64,000 nt of DNA from an uncultured Gemmatimonadales bacterium (GCA_963701965.1 OY969695.1:4000001-4064000); one strand, 5' to 3'; shown: positions 18,527 to 28,500, numbered from the stretch's first letter. Notes: generated by a model not told the origin, from the sequence alone. Numbers and translations are program-made.

Positions 18527-20827
18527 ATGATCTCCCTCCGACGTCACCGCGCCGTGGTCCGAGAGCGTCGAGGCTCGGCGATGATCCTGGTGCTCATGCT
18601 GACCTTCGCGCTGGCCGCGCTGGCCGGCTCGGCGATTCTGCTCTCTACGACCGCGACGCAATCGACCAAGTCCCGCGAAGGCGAAAAGGATCTTCGCTAC
18701 GCGGCCGATGCGGCGGCGGCGATCGGTGAGAGCAAGGTCGCCATGAACCCGACGGCCTTGCCGGCGACGGGGTACACGCAGATGGCGTCCAACGCGCAGA
18801 TGCTGGCGGCCGACTCGACGAACCTGCCAGGCATCACGTACAACCTGTGGGGCGGGCTCACCGGGTCGGTGACGCGCCAGAACGGGCGGTTCGTGACCCT
18901 GGTGGCCCAGGCCATCGACTCGGCGCACCACCGCACGTTCATCCGGCACGTCGAGCTGGCGCAGGAGTCGTTCGCGCGGTTTGCCTACTTCTCGAACAAC
19001 GAGAACGGCATCTGCTTCGGTTCCGGCGACATTCTGTACGGGCCCGTGTTCTCGAACGGAGACATCTCGACCTGCAGCGGGCAGAAGGCGACGTTCTATG
19101 ATTCCGTCGGCGCGGCCGGTTCGGTGACCAACGGCAACCCGGCGCAGGACACGTTTTATGACGGGTTCAAGACCGGACAGGCGCCCATCACGCTGCCGAA
19201 CACGTCGGCCCTCTCGGGGCTTTTCGCTCGCGCCGCGGTTGGTTCCACGGAGTTCACGTCCGTGAACGCCAACACCGATTCGTCGAGCCTCCTCAAGTCG
19301 CGGCTCGAGTTCGTGGCCTACAATACCACGACGCCGGCGACCGGAGATTCCACGGGACCCGGCGAAGGGTTCGTCAAGTTCTACTCGGTCGACAAAACTC
19401 GGCACTACTGGACGGCGACCTTCACCGCGGCGAAACGCGACTCGGCCGCCGCGAGCTATCTGCGTGCAGGGTTGAACAAGAAGGGTGATCAGCGTAACTG
19501 CGGCGACTGGCACTTCGTCGCCGACTCGGCGCCGGGAGCGACTGGGCCGAAGTACAGCTGGCAGTTCTTCCCGGCCGCGGTGCATGACTCGAGCTGGTTC
19601 CAGCTTCCCGAAAAGGACAGTGGATCAATTGCCGTTCGGGGCCAGAACTTCGCCTGGCGCAGTGGCGACTCCACGGTGCATTGGTTCGTCAGGGACAGTG
19701 GCGCCGGGCCGCAGTATAAGCCCGGTCTGGACTCGAACTTCATGCAGGTCTTCGACCCGCAGCATCCTCAGCTGACTTCTACGTACAACAAGTCGGAGCG
19801 CACCAGAGACACGGTGGAGCGTGCGGCATCCCCGGCCACTGCGGCGCAACTCTGGGCAGTCTGGCTCTCCGCGATTACTCCCAGTCGTGACGCGAGCGCG
19901 CCAGCGCCAGCCTGTTTCGCCGCCGGCGATCCGCACCTCGTGTCGATGGAACGCACTGGCTGGAAGAACGCCACCAACCAAGGGTTCGGTTGGCGCGGTG
20001 GTACGGACTCGACGTACACGTACGGCACGGGGGGCCCTGGTCGCCTGATGCCGGACACACTCGGCGTCGGCAAGTGGCAACTGTGGACTGGTGGGGCGCT
20101 CGCCTTCCCGGCGTCTATGACGGCGGCCCACAAGGACTGGCCAGTCCTCTTCCCGATTGACACGACCTATAACGCGGCGTTCCAAGGCGTCATCGCCGTA
20201 CACGGCGCCACCGCGATCAGCGGTAACGTCGACGGTCACGTGACGGTCTACAGCGACGGCACCGTCGGGATGATCGACAACCTGCGTCTCGTGACTGACG
20301 AGAGCGACACGCTCTGCAAGCACGGTATAGGTATCGTGTCCGGTAACGACATTACCGCGCTGGACAATGCGATCAACGTCCCTCAGCACTGGACCCCGAG
20401 CGACCCGAGTAGCACCACGGGTACGCACTGGGTGACGCTCCGCAACGGCTCGTTCGGCGGCTCGTTGTACGTCGAGTCGACGGTGATGTCGCTGGGTTCA
20501 TGGGGCGCCGAGGGTTTGACAGCGGACTCGTCATACACGTCGAGCGTGCTGTGCCCGACGTCGGCACCGCCGGACAACATTTACAAGCGCGGCTGCTTGT
20601 ACGTGTTCGGCAGCATCATTCAAAACCTCCGCGTGACGGTGAACTCCGGCTCGAACGGTGCGGCCGGCTTCGGCTACTCCAAGCGCTATCAATACGACAT
20701 CTGCGCCGTGAAGAACCCGCTGCCGTACTTCCCGACGACCGGTCGTTTGATCCTCAACCGGTACTACGAGCACGACCCCAACCAGTTCAACGTCGCGGCG
20801 CTGTACGCGGCCCTGGCGACACCATAA
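18527..20827 (+). CDS. Large PilX/GspK-like minor pilin with extended C-terminal domain
   Basis: RRG|SAMILVLML without E5 (PilX type), YAADAAA motif, SFARFAYFSN, GPVFSNG, GSIIQ..GYSKRYQYD..PLPYFP. Confidence 0.75.
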   Translation: MISLRRHRAVVRERRGSAMILVLMLTFALAALAGSAILLSTTATQSTKSREGEKDLRYAADAAAAIGESKVAMNPTALPATGYTQMASNAQMLAADSTNLPGITYNLWGGLTGSVTRQNGRFVTLVAQAIDSAHHRTFIRHVELAQESFARFAYFSNNENGICFGSGDILYGPVFSNGDISTCSGQKATFYDSVGAAGSVTNGNPAQDTFYDGFKTGQAPITLPNTSALSGLFARAAVGSTEFTSVNANTDSSSLLKSRLEFVAYNTTTPATGDSTGPGEGFVKFYSVDKTRHYWTATFTAAKRDSAAASYLRAGLNKKGDQRNCGDWHFVADSAPGATGPKYSWQFFPAAVHDSSWFQLPEKDSGSIAVRGQNFAWRSGDSTVHWFVRDSGAGPQYKPGLDSNFMQVFDPQHPQLTSTYNKSERTRDTVERAASPATAAQLWAVWLSAITPSRDASAPAPACFAAGDPHLVSMERTGWKNATNQGFGWRGGTDSTYTYGTGGPGRLMPDTLGVGKWQLWTGGALAFPASMTAAHKDWPVLFPIDTTYNAAFQGVIAVHGATAISGNVDGHVTVYSDGTVGMIDNLRLVTDESDTLCKHGIGIVSGNDITALDNAINVPQHWTPSDPSSTTGTHWVTLRNGSFGGSLYVESTVMSLGSWGAEGLTADSSYTSSVLCPTSAPPDNIYKRGCLYVFGSIIQNLRVTVNSGSNGAAGFGYSKRYQYDICAVKNPLPYFPTTGRLILNRYYEHDPNQFNVAALYAALATP

Positions 20828-20860
20828 GGTCACCGTTCTGCACCAGTCTGACGAACGCCA

Positions 20861-20892
20861 CGACAGCCCGGGCCGATGCCCGGGCTGTTGTG
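20861..20892 (+). terminator. Hairpin terminator after the minor-pilin operon
   Basis: CGACAGCCCGGGC-CGAT-GCCCGGGCTGTTG 13-bp stem. Confidence 0.6.
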
Positions 20893-20929
20893 CATTGATG
20901 GGCGCGAAGGCGCATATTCAGAGACCATT

Positions 20930-21430
20930 ATGCGAATTGCCGTGCTCACGATCTCCGACGCCGGTGCGGCGGGGCAGAGAATCGACACGTCGGGGGATGC
21001 CATCGCGGCCTGGGCGGCAGAGCGGCGCGCCGCCGTGGCGGCCCGCGCCATCGTCCCCGACGCCTCCGCGGCCATTGTGGCGCAGCTCGTCGCCTGGTGC
21101 GATGCCGACCAGGCCGATGTGGTGTTGACGACGGGCGGCACCGGTTTGAGCCCGCGTGACGTGACGCCCGAGGCCACGCGGGCCGTGCTCGAGCGCGAGG
21201 CCCCGGGGATCGCCGAGCGGATCCGGATCACGCGGCTCGAGGCGTTCCCCCGGGCGGCGCTGTCGCGCGGCACCGCCGGTGTCCGGCATCGGACGCTGAT
21301 CGTAAACCTCCCCGGCTCGGCCGGGGGCGTGCGCGACGGATTGGCCGCGCTCGCCCCCATCATCGACCACGCCGTCGACATCATTCGCGGCAACGCGACG
21401 GACCACGGTCCGGGGCGCGACGCGCCATGA
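20930..21430 (+). CDS. mog: Molybdopterin adenylyltransferase (MogA/MoaB family)
   Basis: MRIAVLTISD, DTSG, VLTTGGTGLSPRDVTPEAT, LSRGTAG, IVNLPGS. Confidence 0.9.
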   Translation: MRIAVLTISDAGAAGQRIDTSGDAIAAWAAERRAAVAARAIVPDASAAIVAQLVAWCDADQADVVLTTGGTGLSPRDVTPEATRAVLEREAPGIAERIRITRLEAFPRAALSRGTAGVRHRTLIVNLPGSAGGVRDGLAALAPIIDHAVDIIRGNATDHGPGRDAP

Positions 21431-22980
21431 AGATCTTGCTGACCCTGACCGACGTCGAGCCCGCCGTGCGGCTCAACGCCCTCTTGGAGCAGTCGGGGAT
21501 CGAGACCGATCTCGTCTCGCCGCTCGACGACATTCGCGCCGCGATCCGGAAGTTCAAGCCGGACATTCTGGTGCTGACCGGCGCCTTGCTGGACGCCCAG
21601 AGCGTGGCCGTGGTGCGCGAGGAGCTGTGGGACGGGACGCCGGTGGTGGGACTCGCCGACGTCGGCGACCCGGACCTCATGCAGCGCATGCGGACGATTG
21701 GCTTCAGCGAGATCTACGTGAAGCCGCTGGCCTACGACGACGCGTTGGCGGGGTTGCGCCGGTTGGCGGACCGCCGGGTGCTGGCGCAGGAGACGGGGCT
21801 CTACGGCGACTCCGAGGCGATCCGCGAGGTCCTGGTCAAGGTCGAGCAGATGGCGCCGGTGTCCAGCACCGTGATGATCGAGGGCGAGAGCGGCACCGGC
21901 AAGGAGTTGGTCGCGCGGGCGATGCATCAGCTGAGCCCCCGCCGGGGCAAGCCATTCATTGCGGTGAACGTCGGTGCGTTGCCCGACACGTTGGTGGAGA
22001 GCGAGTTGTTCGGGCACGAGAAGGGGGCGTTCACGGGCGCGGCGGAGCGCCGCATCGGGCGGTTCGAGCTGGCCGATACGGGGACGTTGTTCCTCGACGA
22101 GGTGGGGGAGATTTCGCCGGGGACGCAGGTCAAGCTGCTCCGGGTATTGGAAGAGCGGGAGCTGACGCGGGTCGGGGGGACGCAGCCGATCAAGGTCGAT
22201 GTGCGCGTGATCGCGGCGACCAACCGGTCGCTGCGCGAGGCGGTGGAGCAGGGGGCGTTTCGCTCGGATCTCTATTACCGCTTGAACGTGCTGGATATCT
22301 ACTTGCCGCCGCTGCGCGAGCGGCGTGAGGATATTCCAATCCTGGTGCGGCGGTTTATTCAGGAGTTTTCGGCGCGGCATGACCGGCCGTTTCACGGGAT
22401 CTCGGCGGAGGCGATGGAGCTTTTGGGCGCCTATGCGTGGCCGGGGAACGTGCGCGAGCTGCGGAATCTGGTGGAGAGTATGGTAGTCCTGTCGCCGGGC
22501 CACGAGATCGGGCCGGGGGACATTCCCCGCCAGTTCCGCGATGGGAATGCGCGGTTCCTTCCCGTGCCCGTGGGGCCGATAGTGCGAGGCCGGGACGGGG
22601 TGGATGGGCGCGAGATCGAGTTCATCGTGCGGAGTTTGGTGGAGCTCAAGCTGCAGGTGGAGGAGTTGCGGCGGCGGATTGACAGTGAGCGTGTGGGGCC
22701 GGCGGGGTGGGTGGGCGAGTTACAACCCGTTGCGGGGGGCGGATTGAGCGGGTTGCCGGCGGGGATCGAGCCGCGGGAAGCGGCGCCGCCGCCTAATATC
22801 GTGACAGTGACGCCGGGTATGACGATGGCGCAGATCGAGCGAGCGGCGATCGAGGCGGCGCTCAAGGAGACGCGGGGAAACCGAAGAAAGGCCGCGGAGA
22901 TGTTGGGCATCGGGGAGCGGACGCTCTATCGAAAGTTACGCGAATATCAGATTCCCGATGCGGCGATGATCCTTGATTAA
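21427..22980 (+). CDS. Sigma-54-dependent enhancer-binding protein with degenerate receiver domain and Fis HTH
   Basis: [62 protein letters not shown]. Confidence 0.93.
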   Translation: MKILLTLTDVEPAVRLNALLEQSGIETDLVSPLDDIRAAIRKFKPDILVLTGALLDAQSVAVVREELWDGTPVVGLADVGDPDLMQRMRTIGFSEIYVKPLAYDDALAGLRRLADRRVLAQETGLYGDSEAIREVLVKVEQMAPVSSTVMIEGESGTGKELVARAMHQLSPRRGKPFIAVNVGALPDTLVESELFGHEKGAFTGAAERRIGRFELADTGTLFLDEVGEISPGTQVKLLRVLEERELTRVGGTQPIKVDVRVIAATNRSLREAVEQGAFRSDLYYRLNVLDIYLPPLRERREDIPILVRRFIQEFSARHDRPFHGISAEAMELLGAYAWPGNVRELRNLVESMVVLSPGHEIGPGDIPRQFRDGNARFLPVPVGPIVRGRDGVDGREIEFIVRSLVELKLQVEELRRRIDSERVGPAGWVGELQPVAGGGLSGLPAGIEPREAAPPPNIVTVTPGMTMAQIERAAIEAALKETRGNRRKAAEMLGIGERTLYRKLREYQIPDAAMILD

Positions 22981-23071
22981 AACAACTTACGAGCGCATAA
23001 TAGAGCGCGTTTTCAACCGTTGGTTGTAGGACCATTTCAGCCTGCGGGGACGGCGATGTCGCTAGTCGTCC

Positions 23072-23845
23072 TTGTTACTACTACACAGGACACTCGAGAC
23101 ATTGTTGCCAGGTCCAGCCAACTTGTCCTCTCAACTGTCGAGTCCGCCTCTCTCGATCGCCGGCAGCGTGTTGCCGATTCGTCGTGCCGAGGAGTTGTTA
23201 GCGACGTTGCCGGGTGTGTTGTCGGCGAAGATCGTGGCGTCGGACGCGGGTGCGGTCGACGAGATCCACGTGCTGACGACGGCCGAGTACACGCCAAAGC
23301 AGACGGTGCGCAACATCGAGAGCGCGTTGATCGCGCACTTGGGGATGCGCGTCGATCATCGGAAGATTTCGGTGGCGACGTCGAGCGAGCCGCCGAAGCC
23401 GCGAGAGGCGCTGCCGATCGATCCCGAATTGGTGCAAGCTGTCGCCGAGGATTTGACTCGGCGACGTTTGTATTTCGAGGACGTGGAGGTGCGCCGCTCG
23501 CGCACGCGCGGTGTGACGTGTCGCGTAACGCTGCGGAAGGGGGACTCGTCCTACGTGGGAGAGGCCGAGGGTGCCGAGAGCGAGCGGGCGCGGGTGGATT
23601 TGGCGGCGCGCGCGGCGGTCAAGGCGATCAGTCAGGCCGAGCGGGGCGAACGCACACTGGCGCTCGATGGAGCGAAAGTGATCGACGCGTTCGACCGCGC
23701 GTTCGTTTTTGTCGGAATTTCAGCTCGGGTGGGACGCGAGAGCGCGTTGCTCACGGGCAGCTGTGAGATCAAGGAGAGCGCCGAGACGGCGAGCGTGCTC
23801 GCGGCACTCGACGCGACCAATCGGTGGATCGCGTACGGCCGGTAG
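23072..23845 (+). CDS. Conserved-looking hypothetical two-domain protein (start uncertain)
   Basis: Natural-looking ORF with EIHVL..PKQTVRNIESAL..VDHRKISVA domain and a C-terminal alpha/beta domain (GEAEG..AARAAVKAI..LLTGS..LAALDATNR); host-like codon usage. Confidence 0.75.
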   Translation: MLLLHRTLETLLPGPANLSSQLSSPPLSIAGSVLPIRRAEELLATLPGVLSAKIVASDAGAVDEIHVLTTAEYTPKQTVRNIESALIAHLGMRVDHRKISVATSSEPPKPREALPIDPELVQAVAEDLTRRRLYFEDVEVRRSRTRGVTCRVTLRKGDSSYVGEAEGAESERARVDLAARAAVKAISQAERGERTLALDGAKVIDAFDRAFVFVGISARVGRESALLTGSCEIKESAETASVLAALDATNRWIAYGR

Positions 23846-23985
23846 CAGTCGCTGGCTTGTGAGGCGCGGTCTTGATGGGTGAGTGAGAGGTCGGAAGTGT
23901 TCTTTCGATTCTTGGCGATGCAAGCTGGAAGCGCCCGGTCGAGACCTTAGCGCAGAAGCCCAAACTATACCTAGCACAAAAAAAC

Positions 23986-24225
23986 TGAGAACCCCCGTTG
24001 TCGGCTGAGCAGAGCGGAGCGGGCAAGCTACCGAAGGATGAGCGGAGCCAACCTTGAACAGCGCCTCGACGAGCGTCGGAGGCGACTGAAACGAAGGGAG
24101 GTGACGCGAAATGAAGGCACTCCGGTATTTGGGCTTGCTCGCCGGTATTGCAAGCATGCTGCACGCAGTTGTTTCCAAGCTGGGCGAGTCGATTTCTTGG
24201 GGTTAATGCCGCAGCGGGGTTCTCA
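23986..24225 (+). repeat. Long-range imperfect inverted repeat enclosing the small peptide gene
   Basis: TGAGAACCCCCGTTGTCGGC (23986-24005) pairs with GCCGCAGCGGGGTTCTCA (24208-24225): 18 bp, two single-nt bulges, one G-U. Confidence 0.7.
24111..24206 (+). CDS. Unannotated 31-aa hydrophobic peptide MKALRYLGLLAGIASMLHAVVSKLGESISWG
   Basis: GGAGGTGA RBS (24097-24104) 6 nt before ATG; basic N-terminus, hydrophobic core and polar Trp-Gly tail; ends 30 nt before the HD-GYP start. Too short for the ORF track. Confidence 0.75.
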   Translation: MKALRYLGLLAGIASMLHAVVSKLGESISWG

Positions 24226-24236
24226 TCGCAACTGCA

Positions 24237-25559
24237 ATGAATCGCAAGGTTCAAGCCTACGTCTCGCTAGTTAGCATCCTGGCGGCAATTGCTATCGTCG
24301 TGGTCTATCACTTAGACCCGACGAACGATTCGCTCGCGGTCCAGGCGGTTTTGTGTTTTGGAATACTCGGACTCTTCGCCGAGGTCCTCCGCTACCGCCT
24401 CGCGCCAGAGACGTTCGGTTCAATCGTCTTCATACCGTTCACTGCGGCGGCGTGTCTCACTCCGTCATGGCTAGCTATTGCCATGGTGGTTGCTGTAATT
24501 GGTGCCGGCGGCCTGTTTCTAGGCCAGTCACCGATTAAGGTCTTATTCAACGTCGCCCAATACTCGATAGCCCAAGCTCTGGCCATCCTGAGCTATCGGA
24601 CCTTCGGCGGGGGGCCACTCCTCGGACACCATCCGATAAGCTGGGTAGCCTATTCTTTCATGTTCGCGAGTTTCATCGCGACTAACACCCTGTTGGTGAG
24701 CGGTGTAATCGGACTAAGCCAAGGAACCAGCGTTTGGAAGACTTGGCGAGAAACGATGAGGAATTCTCTCCTCTACGATTTGCTCTCACTTCCATTTGCG
24801 TTTGTCTTCGCATCGGTATACGTGCAGTTTGGCACACTGGGTGTCGTGGTTCTGGCTGTACCGCTCTTGGGGGCGAGGCAGCTATACAAGACCAATTGGC
24901 AGCTTGAAAGAACGAATCAGGAGTTGCTTGAGTTGATGGTCGCCGCCATTGAGGCGCGTGATCCTTATACGTCTGGCCACTCGCGGCGAGTGGCCCACAA
25001 CGCGAGAGTCATAGCGCGGGCTCTTGGCTTCAGTACGCGAGAGGTCGAGCGAGTGGGCCGTGCCGCGCTTCTGCATGACGTCGGTAAGATTCACGAAGTG
25101 TTCGCACCTATCCTCCGGAAGCCAGGCAAGCTGACCTCCGAAGAGCGCCTGATTATGGAGACGCATCCGATCAAGAGCGCCGATCTCGTGCAAGGCGTGT
25201 CCCAGTTGCGGGATCTCGTTGGGCCAATCCGCCACCATCATGAGAATTGGGATGGAACTGGATATCCCGACGGTCTAAGCGCCGAGCAGATTCCGACTAT
25301 CGCGCGAGTCATAATGTTCGCCGACACGATCGACGCAATGACGACAGACAGGCCGTATCGAGCCGCGATGGGAAGAGCCGAGGTGACCGCAGAGCTTACA
25401 CGGCTTCGGGGCAAGCAGTTCGACCCTAGCATCTGCGATACGCTGCTTGCGAGCCCATTGTACGACACACTCTTCGAGCGCCTGGCTACTGCCACGCCGG
25501 CTCGCCCATTGCTCTGGCGTCATAGGGAGTCTGTGGCTGCAGTGCGAGCTCGGGCCTAG
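24237..25559 (+). CDS. Membrane-anchored HD-GYP phosphodiesterase (multi-TM sensor + HD-GYP)
   Basis: About 7 hydrophobic segments, then EARDPYTSGHSRRVA, ALLHDVGK, HHHENWDGTGYPDGL, ADTIDAMTTDRPYR, GKQFDP. Confidence 0.93.
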   Translation: MNRKVQAYVSLVSILAAIAIVVVYHLDPTNDSLAVQAVLCFGILGLFAEVLRYRLAPETFGSIVFIPFTAAACLTPSWLAIAMVVAVIGAGGLFLGQSPIKVLFNVAQYSIAQALAILSYRTFGGGPLLGHHPISWVAYSFMFASFIATNTLLVSGVIGLSQGTSVWKTWRETMRNSLLYDLLSLPFAFVFASVYVQFGTLGVVVLAVPLLGARQLYKTNWQLERTNQELLELMVAAIEARDPYTSGHSRRVAHNARVIARALGFSTREVERVGRAALLHDVGKIHEVFAPILRKPGKLTSEERLIMETHPIKSADLVQGVSQLRDLVGPIRHHHENWDGTGYPDGLSAEQIPTIARVIMFADTIDAMTTDRPYRAAMGRAEVTAELTRLRGKQFDPSICDTLLASPLYDTLFERLATATPARPLLWRHRESVAAVRARA

Positions 25560-28500
25560 TCAACTTCGTAAGATATCGGGGAAGAGGGTATCTTTCTCGA
25601 CGGTGTAGCTTCGTGTAATCCCTCAAAAGCTGATTGGTCCGTGCCGGATCGCTTCTTACCATGAGAGCCGATCCTAGCGCGAACGCCACGAAGTCTTGCT
25701 CTCCAAGCCGTTGGAGCCGCAGGAACCTTTTCTCCAATGTCGCGATGTCTCTCTCCGACCCCGGTGTAGCGCTCTCCGAAAGTGAGAGCAGAACCGTTAT
25801 CGCGAGCGAGTAGTACGCGCCTCTGTCGCCGGCCGCATTCAGCGCCCGGCGCGATTGCTTGAACTCGCGCGATCTCACTAGGCGCCGAGCCTCGACTTCT
25901 TCCCCACCGGCCAGCGCAATCATCACTCGAAATACAATCGCGTCAGTTGCCCGGTAAGGGAAGAGTCGGCGATCATCTCGGGTCAACGTCGTATTGAGTA
26001 TCTGTCGAGCAGAATCAAAATCATCCTGTTCGATATAAGTCTGGGCAGTCATGTTTGCCGCGGCTAGTACGTAGCTGCGGCTCCCCATTCGTCGCGCCAA
26101 TTCCAAAGCTTCGGACAGGGCTCCATGCGCCTCCGCAAATCGTCCCATTAGCCTAAGCGCCTTGGCATATCTCCGAAGGCTCTGTGCGATCGCACCCCGT
26201 GAGCCTGTCGCGCGGGTCAGAGCTACCAGCTCAGATCCTGCTATAGTCGCCTTGTCCAAATCGCCGACCGCGCTATGGAACACCAACTCAACCGTGGCGC
26301 GATCCGATGCTGGGAATTCGAACTTGTCCGACAGAGCGAGCAATTGATCGTGTACTGCCGATAAGCGACCGGCATCAGTCAGGTTGTACGCGCAGATGAG
26401 CGCACAGACGCCTGCTCGTGCCCGCAACGCAAGCGCAGTGCATTCATCGGCCAAACATGTTAGGGCGGCGTCCAAAATTGGGCTAGGATCACCGAGGGAG
26501 TACATGCGTGCTTCCAGCGCGGCGATCTGCCATTCAGCCCATGGCCGACCGGCGCTGTGACGTAGTGACATGCGAAGGCGCAGAGCGTCAGCGGCGCAGC
26601 TTTCAGCCCGATTGAGGTCACCCAATGATCGGAGCACAGGAATTAGAGTCTCCTGCAGCCCCAAGCGTTCTTTGTCAGTCGCACACCAAGTTGCGGCGCG
26701 TTCGCAAATAGTAAGTGCCTCGGCGGGTTGACCGATCTCCAGGAGACGGGCCGCGCTTTGGGTCAAAAGGGAAATGGCATCCTGGGTGTCACCAGCCAAT
26801 CGAAAATGTTCAGCACAATCCCAGAGAATGGGTGCATCGTGGGGTCGATCGATCTCTGCCCGCAGAGCGATTGCAATGCGGCGGTGCAGCTGACGAACAC
26901 TCCCGGCCGGCAGCAGTGCACTGACTATCTCACGCAACATGTCGTGGGCCAGATCTACGACGCCGTTTGTTGAGCAAACGAGATTGCTGCGCTCGAGCGT
27001 GTTCACCGCTTCCGATATCTCGGACTTGGCAAGTGTGATCGTCCTTGAGAGGCGCTCAACCGTTGCGTGTTTCGCAAATAGAGTGACAACCTGCAATGTC
27101 TCCAGTGCTGACCGTCCCAGCGCGGCAATGCGACGTTCAATGGTCGAACGGAGCAAAGAAGGTATTGGCAAGGATGGTCCATACTCGCACCAATGGCTTG
27201 CCAGGTCGTGGATGACGGCTGGATTGCCATCCGATGAATCGCCATAGAATCTGCATGTGGCGTTTTCCAGGGCTGGCGCACTGACAGTGAGCTGGCGAAG
27301 CAGGGTGATTGACTCGGTACGGCTCAAAGGCAGCAACGGCCACGGTATCAGGTCGGTCCCAGCTGCTGCCAGGATACTAGTGGCGTTGGACGAGCGGCCA
27401 GCCAGAAGAAAAAGCACGCTCATTTCCTTGCAAGCGCTGATCAAGTCGGTTACAAGGTGGAGCGATGATGCGTCAGCCCGGTCGATCGCGTCAATAACAA
27501 CCAAGAGCGAGTGCTCATGCGTGACGGCGCTCAAAAGGTCAAGAATGGGGGTTCGCAGAGCAGAGTACGGAAGAAGCGTGGCCGCAGCGGAATGCAATGC
27601 TTCCGCCCCGGAGGCGATTAGCTTGTCCACGTGGTTCATGGATGTTGGCGAGCATCCGATGGCGCCAGGAAGGTTGCGCAGCAATGAGACAAATGCTGTC
27701 ACTGCGGAAAGCGGCAGCTGTGAATCCGTTGGCGCGCACTCGAATGCGACTACCCTGATCCCGTCAAGGGCCGCCGCACGCGCCAGCTCTTGAATTAATC
27801 TCGTCTTGCCGATGCCCTGATCTCCTGTGATCAAATAGCCGCGGCCAACCTTCCGTTGCGTCTCCCTGATCGAGAGGCCAATAGTCGCCACTGCGGACGC
27901 ACGACCGACCAGCGGGCTACTGTGAGGACTTTGTGCCGCCGGGATGCGAGTCGAGATTCGACGACGCAAGACTTCGGCTGGTAGTCCTATTCTCGGCGCG
28001 TAGTGGCCGAGTTCCTGTAGGTATTCATCAAGGATCTTGAGGGCCCCTACCTTGTTTCCCCCCATCGCGGTGGCCTCCGCAATGGCAAGCGTCGCTTCCT
28101 CGTTCAGCGGATCAATGTCAAGGCATCGCTGTGCCACGCGCGTCAAGTCGGCCCAGCGGCAACCAACCCGTTGGACATCAAGCGCTGCGACCAGTGCGGA
28201 CAGAATTCGAAGGTTGACTTGGTCACAGAGGCTCTGGAACCACACTCCGAATGCATGCGACACTTTCGGGACATATCCCGGAAGAAATGTGTCCAGCAGC
28301 GGAGTATAGTCTGCCCTGCAATTACCGATCGCGTCGTACACATCGACCACGACTCGCTCGGTGGGCAGCTGTAGGTAATGCTATCCCGACCGAAGTCGAC
28401 ACCATCGACTCGCAATACGTAGAGGAGTTGGCGGAGGCGGTGTCCCTGTTCGAGCTCCGGGACGTGCGGCCAGAGCAGTGCCTGAAGTTGTGAGCGCGGC

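Noticed and set aside
22991..23018. dif-like site (GAGCGCATAAT resembles the XerC arm)
   Set aside because: The XerD arm TTATGTTAAAT is not present at the expected position (about 5 of 11 matches).
24195..24225. ydaO/c-di-AMP riboswitch (TTGGGGTTAAT match)
   Set aside because: The other conserved blocks (GCTGAATCC, GGAACC, CAGCTAAC) are missing, and the match is the peptide's Trp-Gly-stop codons.
24038..24274. 78-aa ORF from the track overlapping the peptide gene
   Set aside because: No protein-like features, overlaps the HD-GYP start, and the strong RBS points to ATG 24111 in another frame.
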